This document shows, piece by piece, positions 1 through 9,505 of a DNA stretch of 64,000 bases. The DNA is taken from assembly GCA_031263985.1 (NCBI GenBank), contig JAISER010000079.1:750-64749 (forward strand), in the 5' to 3' direction. How positions within the stretch are numbered: the first letter of the stretch is position 1; every line of letters starts with the position of its first letter. The position numbers and the translations under genes are program-made. Source of the DNA: Clostridiales bacterium. Its GTDB lineage: Bacteria > Bacillota > Clostridia > Lachnospirales > JAISER01. The notes beneath the pieces were generated by a model, which worked only from the letters and a program-made list of their open reading frames with translations, was not told the origin of the DNA and ran no database searches.

Positions 1-867
1 CGGCCGCGCGTAGGTTTGATTTTGAATATCGAGGAAGACCATCTCGACTATTTTAAGGACATTGACCATATATCAAGTTCCTTCGCCGGCTTCGCGCGTA
101 ATGTGCGCGCCGACGGCGCGCTGATAGTGGAATCGGGCGTCATGGAACGCTTTGAATTCGTAACGAAAGGGCTTGGCTGCGAAGTCGTGACGTTTGGCGC
201 GCGGGGAGCCGATTTTTACGCCGAAAACTTGACGAATGACGGCTCAAAGTTTCGCGTTTTACGGCGCGGCGAGTTCTTTTGCGAAATAACCACAAATCTT
301 CTAGGCGCGCATAACGTTTCGAACGCGTTGGCCGCGATAGCCGCCGCGGATTTTTGCGGCATACGCTCAAGCGACATTCAAAAAGCGCTTGCCGAGTTTA
401 GGGGCGCTAAACGGCGTTTTGAACAAAAGGGCGTTATAAACGGCGTGACGATTATAGATGATTACGCGCACCACCCTACTGAGATAATCGCTACTTTACG
501 AGCGGCGAAGTCCGTAAAGAGCGGACGGGTCGTCTGCGCGTTTCAGCCGCACACGTATACGCGTTCGAAATATCTGAAAAACCAGCTTTTGGAAGCGTTT
601 GACGACGCTGACGTCACAGTCCTTTTGGATATTTATTCCGCGCGCGAAACGGACAACGGCGAAATTCATTCGCGCGACATAGCGGAAGGCTTGAAAAACA
701 GAGGGATTGATGCATATTATTGCGCTTCGTTCAAGGAAGCGGAGCGATTTTTGTTAAGTATTTGTATCCCCGGAGACATGTTGATAACTATGGGGGCCGG
801 CGACATTTATTTATTGGGCGAAAACATGTTACGCACAGACTTATCCCAACTATCCACAGGCGCGTGA
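1..867 (+). CDS. murC: UDP-N-acetylmuramate--L-alanine ligase MurC, C-terminal part (5' end lies outside the window)
   Basis: Frame 1 is open from base 1. Mur-ligase C-terminal signatures are present (DDYAHHPTEI, FQPHTYTR). Stop at 865-867. Confidence 0.85.
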   Translation, partial: RPRVGLILNIEEDHLDYFKDIDHISSSFAGFARNVRADGALIVESGVMERFEFVTKGLGCEVVTFGARGADFYAENLTNDGSKFRVLRRGEFFCEITTNLLGAHNVSNALAAIAAADFCGIRSSDIQKALAEFRGAKRRFEQKGVINGVTIIDDYAHHPTEIIATLRAAKSVKSGRVVCAFQPHTYTRSKYLKNQLLEAFDDADVTVLLDIYSARETDNGEIHSRDIAEGLKNRGIDAYYCASFKEAERFLLSICIPGDMLITMGAGDIYLLGENMLRTDLSQLSTGA

Positions 868-927
868 ACGAGGCTTATCCTATGTTAAAATGCGTCATTT
901 AATTGCAAAGCCATTAAATAAAGCCAT

Positions 928-955
928 AAAAAAGCCCTTTGCGAAGGGCTTTTTC
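928..955 (+). terminator. Intrinsic terminator after murC
   Basis: Hairpin AAAGCCCTT-TGCG-AAGGGCTTT followed by a T run. Confidence 0.6.
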
Positions 956-1201
956 GCTAATGTTTTTTTCGATAAAGCATTGATTTTTTTATTTAAGCGG
1001 CAAAGCTCACTAATATGCCGCCGGATATGCCAAATAGATTATAATAAATTTACACTTTTTTTATTCTCTCGCGAATGAGATGTTATGCACAGCCCCGCGA
1101 CCGTTTTGTCGTAAACGTCGTATATGAAAATACTGAAATAGGCGCTATAATCCTATTGCGTAACCCATAATATATAGATATATATATCTGTATTTTGTAT
1201 A

Positions 1202-1284
1202 ATGACTATACCAGACAGGTTATAAAGACCTTGGGACTCCGCGCCGCGCGTTCGCGCGGCTTAATGAAACGATTGGATAGTCAT
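1202..1284 (-). repeat. MITE-like family B, short internally deleted copy
   Basis: Termini ATGACTAT..GGATAGTCAT. Aligns to the reverse complement of 2607..2725 but lacks about 36 internal bases. Confidence 0.7.
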
Positions 1285-1311
1285 ATTTGGTATTTTGCTT
1301 ATACGCTTTGA

Positions 1312-1440
1312 TACTGAACTCAGTTTGAAACATAGTCAAACCGGGCGAGGATTTTTCACCTTGGGCCAGGCGCGGTTTCGCGACAAAGCCACGTTTTAAA
1401 AAGACCGTTCGGAGGATCATTGTTTAGACCGAGTTTATCA
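1312..1440. repeat. MITE-like family C
   Basis: Terminal inverted repeats of the TACTGAACTCAGTTTGAAAC type. Homologous copies at 20404, 23581, 34250 and 50450. Confidence 0.65.
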
Positions 1441-1524
1441 TATTTTTAGCGTTACAGCGGTTCGATAAGTTCAAAAGCGCCGTATCAGGCTGTTTGCGAA
1501 CGCGTAAAGTTCGGGGGAGATTAA

Positions 1525-2604
1525 ATGTTCAACACAAACGCGCGTATGGGCTATGACGCGCCGTACACCATGATTCCCAACGCTTTCATAGACCTTTATA
1601 TGTCGGCTGAAAACCCTATATTCACTCTTGTATATATAGATCTTTACCGTCATTGCGCCGCCTCTTCCAAAGACACCGGCGTCAAGCGCGTCGCGGACCG
1701 GTTGCAGATATTGGAGTCCGATGTGATAAAGGCGTTAAAATACTGGCAAAGAAAAGGGCTTATAGAGCTTTCCGAAGGCGGCGATCTTAACGTTGTTTTT
1801 TTAGAGATAAAGCCCGAAGCTTCGTCGCCGGTTGACGCCGTTTTAGAGACGGACTCCGAAATGTCGCCGGCCGTTAAGCCGGCCATAACGAAACCGGCGT
1901 ATTCGCGCGAAGAATTGGAAATGTACCGGAACGAAAGCAAGGAGATACGCGACCTGTTCCTTATGGCTGAACGGGAATTGGGCAAGCTTTTGTCATTTAA
2001 TGACATGAACGCGCTGTTTAGCATGTATGATTGGCTGAAATTGCCGGCCCAGGTTATAGAACGACTTGTAACGTACTGCTCGGAAACCGGTCGCGCCAAT
2101 ATGCGCTATATCGAGCGGGTCGCCGTGGACTGGGCGGAAAACGGCGTTTATACCGTCGATTCCGCAAACAGCTATATAGACGCGTTCAACAATGACTATC
2201 ACGCCATTATGAAAGCGTTCGGGCATTCGCGGCGCAGCCCGACGCCGGTCGAAACTCGGCTTATGAAAAAATGGATCGGTGAGATGCGTATGCCGCTTGA
2301 CGTTATATTGGAGGCGTGCGACAGAACGATTATGCAAATAGGCCAGCCGAAATTTTCGTACGCCGATAAAATTTTGGAGCGTTGGAACGAAAGCGGTATA
2401 AAAACGCCTCAAGATGTAATCGCTGAGGAAGAGAAGTTTTACGCCGCGCGCGAAAAGTCCGCCGAAGCCGCGAAAGCTCAAAAACGCGTCAGATCGACGC
2501 GCGTGAATAGATTCGCCAACTTTAAACAGCGTGAATGGAATTATGACCAGATTGAAAAGTTGGAGCAGCGTATGCTTAGTGACGGCGTAGCGCTGGAAAA
2601 ATGA
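1525..2604 (+). CDS. DnaD-domain replication initiation / membrane attachment protein (DnaB/DnaD-like)
   Basis: 359 aa ORF with RBS GGGGGAG. Has a DnaD-type repeat region (YIERVAVDWAENGV, ILERWNESGIKT). Sits directly upstream of a DnaI-like loader gene. Confidence 0.75.
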   Translation: MFNTNARMGYDAPYTMIPNAFIDLYMSAENPIFTLVYIDLYRHCAASSKDTGVKRVADRLQILESDVIKALKYWQRKGLIELSEGGDLNVVFLEIKPEASSPVDAVLETDSEMSPAVKPAITKPAYSREELEMYRNESKEIRDLFLMAERELGKLLSFNDMNALFSMYDWLKLPAQVIERLVTYCSETGRANMRYIERVAVDWAENGVYTVDSANSYIDAFNNDYHAIMKAFGHSRRSPTPVETRLMKKWIGEMRMPLDVILEACDRTIMQIGQPKFSYADKILERWNESGIKTPQDVIAEEEKFYAAREKSAEAAKAQKRVRSTRVNRFANFKQREWNYDQIEKLEQRMLSDGVALEK

Positions 2605-2606
2605 AT

Positions 2607-2725
2607 ATGACTATCCTATCGTTTCATTAAGCCGCGCGAATGCGCGGCGCGGGGTCCGGGGTCGAAGACCCCGGCGGGGTTTGAGGCGGAGTCCCAAGGT
2701 CTTTATGACTTGTCTGGATAGTCAT
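2607..2725 (+). repeat. MITE-like family B, full copy (about 119 bp)
   Basis: Starts 2 nt after the dnaD-like stop. Has 10-bp terminal inverted repeats and GC-rich internal hairpins (GCCGCGC-GAAT-GCGCGGC, CCGGGGTC-GAA-GACCCCGG). Near-identical copies at 8754 and 47864. Confidence 0.8.
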
Positions 2726-2748
2726 TGATAAAATCACCGATGATAATT

Positions 2749-3777
2749 ATGGAGCGTAAAAATACGGAAAGGATGGCGCCTATGGAGCGCGGAGCGGTTT
2801 ATAACGCGATTCGCCGAGAATTGGCCCAAGACAGAATGAATGCTGAAAGAGCCGCTCGTGAACGCAGAGAGAAGGCTTACGCGGACAATCCGCGTTTGAG
2901 TGAAGTCGCGAGCGATTTGGCTAAAGCTTGTTTGTCCGCGGCGAAGCTGGTCGCGAGCGGAAATGAAAAAGACGCCAAAAAAACCATGCGTCTCGCGGAC
3001 GATTTGCGGACGGAACGTGACGCGCTTTTAAAAGCCGCCGGGTTAAACGGCGATTATTTTGAGGCCGCGTATAAATGCGGCGTTTGCAAAGACGTCGGTT
3101 ATGTGGACGGTCGAAAATGCCGATGTTTCGTTCAGCGTCTCGTGCGGCGTTTTTACAGCGCGGCCAATATAGGCGATATTATAGAAGCGGAAAACTTTTC
3201 AACGTTTGACCTTCGCTATTATGACGACGCGCCCGTATATGAGAACGGTAAAACGCCTCAAAGCGCCATACAGGATATTTTGGGCCGATGTCTAGATTTC
3301 ACTGATAATTTCGACGTTAAATTTCAAAATCTGCTTTTTTATGGCGACACTGGTCTTGGAAAGACGTTTTTGTGTAACTGTATAGCTAAACGCATGATTG
3401 ACGCCGGCAAGACCGTGCTGTACGTCACGGCGCCGCGCATATTCAAAAAGATTGAGGAGCTTCGTTTTAATCGTGACAATATGGAGGCGCCCGACGATCA
3501 GCTCGACATGATATATTCAGCCGACTTGCTCATTATTGATGACCTTGGTTCGGAATTTTCCACGATATTGACAAGCGCGGAATTATTTAACGTTATAAAC
3601 GGCCGCTTGCTCGAAAAGAAGCCATCCGTAATTTCAACGAACCTGTCGCTGAACGACCTTCAAAGCGTTTATTCGGACAGAATCGTGTCCAGGCTCTTTG
3701 GCGCCTATAGCATGTTGCGATTTTTCGGTGACGATATACGATTGAAGAAAAAATACGCCGCTCCAAAGGCGCGGTGA
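2749..3777 (+). CDS. dnaI: DnaI/DnaC-family helicase loader ATPase (start codon uncertain: 2725, 2749 or 2782)
   Basis: Walker A GDTGLGKTFL, Walker B LLIIDDLG, and an N-terminal Cys cluster CGVCKDVGYVDGRKCRC. Confidence 0.8.
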   Translation: MERKNTERMAPMERGAVYNAIRRELAQDRMNAERAARERREKAYADNPRLSEVASDLAKACLSAAKLVASGNEKDAKKTMRLADDLRTERDALLKAAGLNGDYFEAAYKCGVCKDVGYVDGRKCRCFVQRLVRRFYSAANIGDIIEAENFSTFDLRYYDDAPVYENGKTPQSAIQDILGRCLDFTDNFDVKFQNLLFYGDTGLGKTFLCNCIAKRMIDAGKTVLYVTAPRIFKKIEELRFNRDNMEAPDDQLDMIYSADLLIIDDLGSEFSTILTSAELFNVINGRLLEKKPSVISTNLSLNDLQSVYSDRIVSRLFGAYSMLRFFGDDIRLKKKYAAPKAR

Positions 3778-3786
3778 ATTTCACTA

Positions 3787-3816
3787 ACACGCGGGCGCTT
3801 GATCGCGCCCGCGTGT
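3787..3816. terminator. Hairpin between the convergent dnaI-like and gerAC-like genes
   Basis: 12-bp perfect stem ACACGCGGGCGC / GCGCCCGCGTGT with a 6-nt loop. Confidence 0.55.
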
Positions 3817-4935
3817 TTATCCAATGGAGCCTGTTCCGCTGATTGAAACCGTCGCTCGCGGCTCTAAATCCATCGCGTCGAACAAGGCGGTCTCATCGCC
3901 GTCGTATCTCTCGTATATGCTTGGCTCGAATTTCCTTATTGCCTCGGCTAGCCGAAACCCGTCCGCCTTTAGTTCTTTAAACGCCAAAAATGAGTTTAGC
4001 GTTTGCTTATTGATCTCGTCTTCGCATAACTTTTCTATCTCTCGTCTCTGAAGCTGTCCGTTATTATCTTCAACGATCTCCCCCGTGACGTTAATTTCCG
4101 CGACGCAGGTCACTCCGTTGTCTTTGTCATAGAATTTCAGTTTGTTCTTGATCTTGGAAACGCTTAATACGACTCCGGAGGGAATATTAATTAACGCGCC
4201 GCGTTCGCCTGAGATCCAAGCAAGTCCGCTCAGATTTTTTTCGTCCATCCATCCGACAAGTTCGCCGTTCGATATAACCGCGGCGCCGCTCAATTTTAAC
4301 TGTTTGTCTCGCGTTTCTATCTTCGGTATTAGTGCGCATCCATTTTCGTGGAGACGTCTTGACAGAGTCGCTAAATCCAATTTTAAAGAAGATCGCTTAT
4401 TTTTATAAAAATAGGTCGCGAAAAGTCCGGCGGAGGGTTCGCCCGGCGCGTTTTTTTCTAATATTTCGGACGCTTCGCCGTCCGTCGCCACAGTAAGGAG
4501 TTTATCGCTTATTTCGTTGTCGCGTTCTAAAGCGTCCAGCGCCTCTGAGAAGGCTTCCTGGTCGCGCAGCAGGTTTTCGCCAAACACGATCACTTTCGTA
4601 TGTCCGAAATACGCGCGTTTGCTTGACATGCCGTCAGCCTCGCGCAACGCGGCGGTGAACGACGCGCCGAAGCCTTTTTTTACCGAATCACCGCTTTTGT
4701 CCTCCGATTTTTCACCTATAAGCGCGTCCAGGCTTGACACGGACAACGCCGCCGCTCTCTCTCCATCCTTCATATCCGCGCCTACAGCGTTTACGAACGC
4801 CCTTTCCTCAAGCTCGACGGAATCCCAACAGCCTGTCAGCGCGCACGCCGCTATCGTGACCACCGTCGCGACCATTGTCGCGGCCACCCTTGTGGCGAGA
4901 CTCGTGACCCTCGTCGTCACGGACGCCGTCCTCAT
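3817..4935 (-). CDS. Spore germination receptor C subunit (Ger(x)C-family lipoprotein)
   Basis: Lipobox LTGCWD. Third gene of an A-B-C operon, with a 4-nt overlap onto the B subunit. Confidence 0.8.
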   Translation of the reverse strand: MRTASVTTRVTSLATRVAATMVATVVTIAACALTGCWDSVELEERAFVNAVGADMKDGERAAALSVSSLDALIGEKSEDKSGDSVKKGFGASFTAALREADGMSSKRAYFGHTKVIVFGENLLRDQEAFSEALDALERDNEISDKLLTVATDGEASEILEKNAPGEPSAGLFATYFYKNKRSSLKLDLATLSRRLHENGCALIPKIETRDKQLKLSGAAVISNGELVGWMDEKNLSGLAWISGERGALINIPSGVVLSVSKIKNKLKFYDKDNGVTCVAEINVTGEIVEDNNGQLQRREIEKLCEDEINKQTLNSFLAFKELKADGFRLAEAIRKFEPSIYERYDGDETALFDAMDLEPRATVSISGTGSIG

Positions 4936-6026
4936 GACTTTTCCCCCAATTTTCGAGTTTTAGCTATTATCAACAACGCGGCGGGTATGAAAAACAGAAA
5001 CGCTATGTCAAACGTTTTGAACACAAAACTCTTTATCTCGTAAACCTTGTCTATGTTCGCGGCCGCGCCGGCTGCTATAAAAGCCAGCGCCGCGGCGCCT
5101 ATCACATACATGCCGGCTTTTCCTTTTTTGACCGCGTCTTTCATAAGCGTGGCGGAGAAGAACAGACACGCGTTCACGTTCGCGAATACGGATATAATCC
5201 AAAAGCTGGCTACAAGCGCGTCTTGGCGCTCTATAAATGACGCGGGCAAGTTGATGGAATTCATCATTTCAAGAACCGGCCACATCTCTCTTTTCACCCC
5301 ATACGCGCCGAATTTCGCCGTTGTGACTACGGTTACCGCGATCATAAGCGCGCCTGTAACGGCGGTGACTGTTATCAGCGCTTTTTTGGCCCTTTTGGGC
5401 TTTGTAAGATAAGGGTGTACGAGCAAAGCGAATTCGACGCCGACGAACGCCTCGCTTAAAAAAAATCCGCCTGACGCCAACCCTTCCGTCGAGCGTAAAA
5501 CCGGCAGCAAATTCGAATAGTCCATTTCAAAAGCGGCGAATATGAATATAAACGCCAGCGGCGCGAATATCAACGGGAATAGTATTTCGCCCACGCGCGC
5601 CCGCGTTTCGTAGCCTTTCGCCGCGCCGAACGCCGCCACCGCCAATATGCCGAAAAAAATTACGTTTATCGGCGTGTTCACAAGCAACGCGCTTTTCAAT
5701 ATTTCGGCGAACAGCCGTATCCTGGATGATACGTTTATTATTATCTTCAGGGCGAACAGTATCGTCAGTATCTTGGCCGCGTATGTCGTAGTGATTTTTC
5801 CGCAGTATGATGTGAACGATTCATTCGGGAATTTTCTGCCCAGCGTCGTGGCCAGCCATACGTAAACGATAGCCGCGCATGACGCCAATCCCAGCGCCGC
5901 CCAACCGTTTTGCCCGGCGAACTTGCTCGCCTCGCGAGGCAAGTATATTATATTCGCGCCAAAGATGTCCAAGAGCGCTAAAATCTGTAATTGGCGCGCC
6001 GTTATCTTGTCGTTCAGAGACAGCAT
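4932..6026 (-). CDS. Spore germination receptor B subunit (GerAB-type permease)
   Basis: 364 aa polytopic membrane protein lying between the GerA-type A and C subunits. Confidence 0.8.
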   Translation of the reverse strand: MLSLNDKITARQLQILALLDIFGANIIYLPREASKFAGQNGWAALGLASCAAIVYVWLATTLGRKFPNESFTSYCGKITTTYAAKILTILFALKIIINVSSRIRLFAEILKSALLVNTPINVIFFGILAVAAFGAAKGYETRARVGEILFPLIFAPLAFIFIFAAFEMDYSNLLPVLRSTEGLASGGFFLSEAFVGVEFALLVHPYLTKPKRAKKALITVTAVTGALMIAVTVVTTAKFGAYGVKREMWPVLEMMNSINLPASFIERQDALVASFWIISVFANVNACLFFSATLMKDAVKKGKAGMYVIGAAALAFIAAGAAANIDKVYEIKSFVFKTFDIAFLFFIPAALLIIAKTRKLGEKS

Positions 6027-6031
6027 AGATT

Positions 6032-7552
6032 TTACTCCTTAACATGAGGATTGCCTGTTTCGGGCGGATTAAGCCGCATTTCGCCGCCGGGGCGCGCGAA
6101 CAAGGGTCTTTTTTTCATCATGAACAGCGGAACGCGTATGACAGAGTCTTTAATGTCGTCGTATCCGTTAAGCTCCCCGCTGGAAAACGGAAACATATAG
6201 GGGATGCCGAAACTTTTAAGCGAGACAAGATGTATCAGCAGCGTCAAGACTCCAAGCCAGAACCCGAAGAGTCCAAAACAGCCAGCCAGCAAGACCAACC
6301 AATACTTAGACAGCCGATATCCGTTCACCAGCGACACGGACGGTATGGCGAAGCTGCAAATAGCCGTCAGTGCCACTATTATCACGACGATAGGGCTTAC
6401 AAGACCGGCTTCCACGGCGGCTTGTCCGATAATGATGCCTCCCACTATGCCTATCGCGCTGCCTATAACGTTTGGTAAGCGTATGCCGGCCTCACGTATA
6501 AGCTCGAACGCCAAATCCATTATTATAACCTCGAACATAGCAGGCAACGGCGTCGTGCGCCGTGCCTCCGCCATTTTGAAGGTCAGCGGCATAGGCAGCA
6601 TGGATGGATGAAAAACGGCCGCCGCCAAGTACAATGCGGGCATGGCCAGCGCGACGCATCCGGCCGCATAGCGCAGCGCTCGCGTAAACGTCATTATCCC
6701 CCATCGTTGATAATAATCGTCAGACGCTTGAAAAAATACCCCGAATGTAGACGGCAGCAACAGCGCCTGCGGCGAATTATCCGATATTATCGCCACGCGT
6801 CCTTCTAATATGGCCGACGCGGTTTTGTCGGGACGTTCCGTCGTTTGAATTTGCGGAAATGGTGACAGCCAATCGTCCTCTATAAGCTGTTCGATATACC
6901 CGCAGTCCAATGACGCGTCTATGTTTATGTTGTCTATGCGCTCCGTCACCATGCGCACTACATCAGGCCGCGCCACATCTTCCAGATACATAATCCCTAT
7001 ATCGGTTTTACTTCTCAGTCCCACTCTCTTTTGTATAAGCTTCAGATTCGTGTCGCGTATCCTTCGGCGTATTAGCGCGCTGTTTACGCGGAATAGCTCG
7101 TTAAACGAATCCTTTGGGCCTTGAAGCGCGACCTCCGATTCCGCCGCCGAGACCCCTCTGTTTGGATAACCCTTCGTCGAAACCACATAGCCTTTTGCGA
7201 ATCCGTCCACTAAAATTACGGTGTCGCCGCATAGCAGCGCGTCGCAAAGCTTATCTAAATCGCTCTCGTCCTCTATTTCAGCGGTAGTCACGACTCCGTC
7301 CTTGATTCCCATGTAAGCGTCCGGTTTAAGCTCATCAAACTTTGGCGGCGCGTTGCGCGCGAAGATCATCAAGTTTTTTATTATAGACCCTTCCACGACG
7401 TCTCTGCTAGCCATCATGTCAATATAAAACACGCATACCTCGATATTCCGATCTTCACCTACGGGAAATTTGCGCCGCACCAAATCTCCGCAATCCTTAA
7501 ACTTTAGCTCGATCATACCTATAGAATCGTCTATTTTTTCACTTATATCCAC
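6032..7552 (-). CDS. Spore germination receptor A subunit (GerAA/GerKA family)
   Basis: 506 aa protein with a soluble N-terminal domain and a C-terminal TM bundle. Shows typical GerA-family blocks (PSTFGVFFQASDDYY, IREAGIRLP). Confidence 0.85.
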   Translation of the reverse strand: MDISEKIDDSIGMIELKFKDCGDLVRRKFPVGEDRNIEVCVFYIDMMASRDVVEGSIIKNLMIFARNAPPKFDELKPDAYMGIKDGVVTTAEIEDESDLDKLCDALLCGDTVILVDGFAKGYVVSTKGYPNRGVSAAESEVALQGPKDSFNELFRVNSALIRRRIRDTNLKLIQKRVGLRSKTDIGIMYLEDVARPDVVRMVTERIDNINIDASLDCGYIEQLIEDDWLSPFPQIQTTERPDKTASAILEGRVAIISDNSPQALLLPSTFGVFFQASDDYYQRWGIMTFTRALRYAAGCVALAMPALYLAAAVFHPSMLPMPLTFKMAEARRTTPLPAMFEVIIMDLAFELIREAGIRLPNVIGSAIGIVGGIIIGQAAVEAGLVSPIVVIIVALTAICSFAIPSVSLVNGYRLSKYWLVLLAGCFGLFGFWLGVLTLLIHLVSLKSFGIPYMFPFSSGELNGYDDIKDSVIRVPLFMMKKRPLFARPGGEMRLNPPETGNPHVKE

Positions 7553-7574
7553 TGACTCCCTCCTCTCTCGCCGT

Positions 7575-7603
7575 TATTATCCCTTTTTGGAACAAATTTA
7601 TGC
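7575..7603 (-). promoter_or_regulatory. Candidate forespore-type (sigma F/G-like) promoter of the gerA-type operon
   Basis: The minus strand reads GCATA-N15-GGGATAATA, about 25 nt upstream of the RBS/start at 7552. Confidence 0.4.
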
Positions 7604-7616
7604 CAATGAACGCATT

Positions 7617-7630
7617 GTCACATGTGTGAC
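7617..7630. promoter_or_regulatory. Palindrome GTCACA-TG-TGTGAC (copy 1)
   Basis: Perfect 6-2-6 inverted repeat just upstream of the candidate gerA promoter. Confidence 0.35.
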
Positions 7631-7770
7631 GCCGCCTGACTTGGCTTCTCTTCTGAAAGAAAGAAATAAATGGATTTTTATGGAACTCTGTTCAAGGAAT
7701 ATCGCGGGCTTTGGATGGTCTAAGCGTTTATTAAGCTTTATAAAAGCGATGTAATGATTAGCGATATATC

Positions 7771-7786
7771 CGTCACACGTGTGACG
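7771..7786. promoter_or_regulatory. Palindrome CGTCACA-CG-TGTGACG (copy 2)
   Basis: Perfect 7-2-7 inverted repeat, 154 bp from copy 1. Confidence 0.35.
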
Positions 7787-8116
7787 CTGAGGTGAAATTT
7801 CAGACAATCAAAAAACGCCGCCTTCGAGCGACATGGGAGGGGAGGTCTGTTGAAGGCGGCGTTCTCTAAAGAGCGCGATAGTCGCGTAATAGACGCGTCA
7901 AAGGTTAAACGCTGAATCTCACGGCTTCAGAGGGAGGTTTTTTGGACTACCCTCTAATATACAATATGACACTGGTTGTACAATTGACACAACAATATCA
8001 AATTTCGTCATGACTTCAAAAAGGTTAGAAGCGAATGTATAAAAATTGAATTTTAGGCGAATAATTCTAACGTTTGTTCTATATCAGACAAGCTATTAAA
8101 ATGGAGGGCGTTACGT

Positions 8117-8716
8117 ATGTTTATTTTAGAAACGCTGCGAAGGAATAAGTCGGTTATTGTAGGGGTGACGGTATGTGTCGCCGTATGGGGCGTTTTCGCC
8201 GCGGCGGGCTATTTGGCGCTGCGAGGATTATCTGAAGCCGAACAAAAGCCGGCGTCCGAAACCGAAATAATGTTGGCCGGCAGTGAGTTAGCGCCGACAA
8301 TCGCGCGCGCTGAAGATATCATTAAGCCTACGACAAACATAACTTACGAATACGTATATTCCGAAGATGGCGCTGTAGAGAGCGCGAATGAGTTGGCGCC
8401 ATATTTTCTAATCAATATGACGCGAAAAAAGTTTGCGGAAGTCTTCGAAGAGTGGGAAGTAGTAAAATTTTCAACCGAAAATGTAATTGTGCGTAAAGCG
8501 ATCGAAGGAGCTAAGATTCAAAGTTATATAGTGGGCGAACAGGACGGCTATATATCCGTTTTTTACCAAAGTCCGGTAAACGGTGAGACGTTAAAAGAGA
8601 AAACGAATGTTCCGTTAAGCGGGCTTAGTGAGGACGAGCAAGAGAGATTGCGAGAAGGCGTTTTGGTAAGCGACGAGGATGAATTGCTGCGCGTTTTAGA
8701 AGATTACAGTTCATAG
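8117..8716 (+). CDS. Hypothetical membrane-anchored protein (any BofC-like resemblance is only a guess)
   Basis: 199 aa with an N-terminal TM segment. RBS GGAGGG lies upstream. No motif was recognised with confidence. Confidence 0.55.
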   Translation: MFILETLRRNKSVIVGVTVCVAVWGVFAAAGYLALRGLSEAEQKPASETEIMLAGSELAPTIARAEDIIKPTTNITYEYVYSEDGAVESANELAPYFLINMTRKKFAEVFEEWEVVKFSTENVIVRKAIEGAKIQSYIVGEQDGYISVFYQSPVNGETLKEKTNVPLSGLSEDEQERLREGVLVSDEDELLRVLEDYSS

Positions 8717-8753
8717 TAAAAAATCTTTCCATGCCCATCCGAGATAAGAAAAT

Positions 8754-8872
8754 ATGACTATCCAATTGTTTCATGAAGCCGCGCGAATGCGCTGCGCGGG
8801 GCACAGGGTCTAAGACCCCGGCAGGGTTTAGGGCGGAGTCCCAAGGTCTTTATGACTTGTCTGGATAGCTAT
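8754..8872 (+). repeat. MITE-like family B, full copy
   Basis: Aligns end to end with 2607..2725 and 47864..47981. Lies 38 nt downstream of a plus-strand stop codon. Confidence 0.8.
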
Positions 8873-8996
8873 TTAAGAAAATGGGCAAGAAAACGGAATA
8901 GGCTCTGTCAGAAAATAAAGTGTGCGGCCATAGCGCAAAAAGGGACTCGGGATAAAAACCGCGCCCCTTTTTTGATTGGAAATAGTTTTCAATTTT

Positions 8997-9068
8997 TAAG
9001 AGCCTGGTTAAAATCTTGCTTTTAGCGGATTTTTGCAGTGATTTTTCGCCAAACGCGGAAACGCGAAC
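8997..9068. repeat. MITE-like family A, one arm
   Basis: TAAGAGCCTGGTTAAAATCTTGCTTTTAGCGGATTTTT...TTTTCGCCAAACGCGG matches the right arm of the 170-bp copy at 51949..52118. Confidence 0.7.
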
Positions 9069-9253
9069 TACAGCGGTATCTTTACGCCGATAAGGAATTT
9101 CAGATGAGCGGCGAACGGTGAGTTAAGTCGCTTTCACTGTAAAAACCTCTGTCCGCCCTTTCTTTAATTTAAGACAATCGATGTCCGGCGATAGCGATTC
9201 TTCTGAGAACAATACCGCTAAAAGTTGATCCGCTGAAGATATTCATGTTTTTT

Positions 9254-9425
9254 GTTCTTACCGTAACGCGTGAAGAATTTGAGATAATTCGAAAAGATTT
9301 ATAAGAGGCGAAGAAACCGAAAAAACACCTAAAAAGGACTTGTATGATATTTTTCGCGCGATACTTTATTTCATAAAAGGCGGTTGTCAAGGGCATATGC
9401 CGGCGGAATGGAACAATGTGGAAAT
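9254..9425 (+). pseudogene. IS5-family transposase N-terminal fragment
   Basis: Reads DLYDIFRAILYFIKGGCQGHMPAEWNNV, which fits the DUF4096-type N-terminus of IS5-group transposases. There is no start codon and no DDE domain. Confidence 0.5.
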
Positions 9426-9505
9426 TATAAGCTCATCGGGATCGACAAAATTAAAACTTTGTGATATAATATAGAAATACAGGCGCGACAAACGGAGGTG
9501 TCTTC

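Noticed and set aside
1650-2481. The 149-aa and 162-aa minus-strand ORFs inside the dnaD-like gene.
   Set aside because: They are shadow frames of the plus-strand gene, which has an RBS and DnaD-type motifs.
9169-9396. The 75-aa minus-strand ORF.
   Set aside because: It is antisense to the IS5-type transposase fragment, whose plus-strand reading gives a recognisable family motif.
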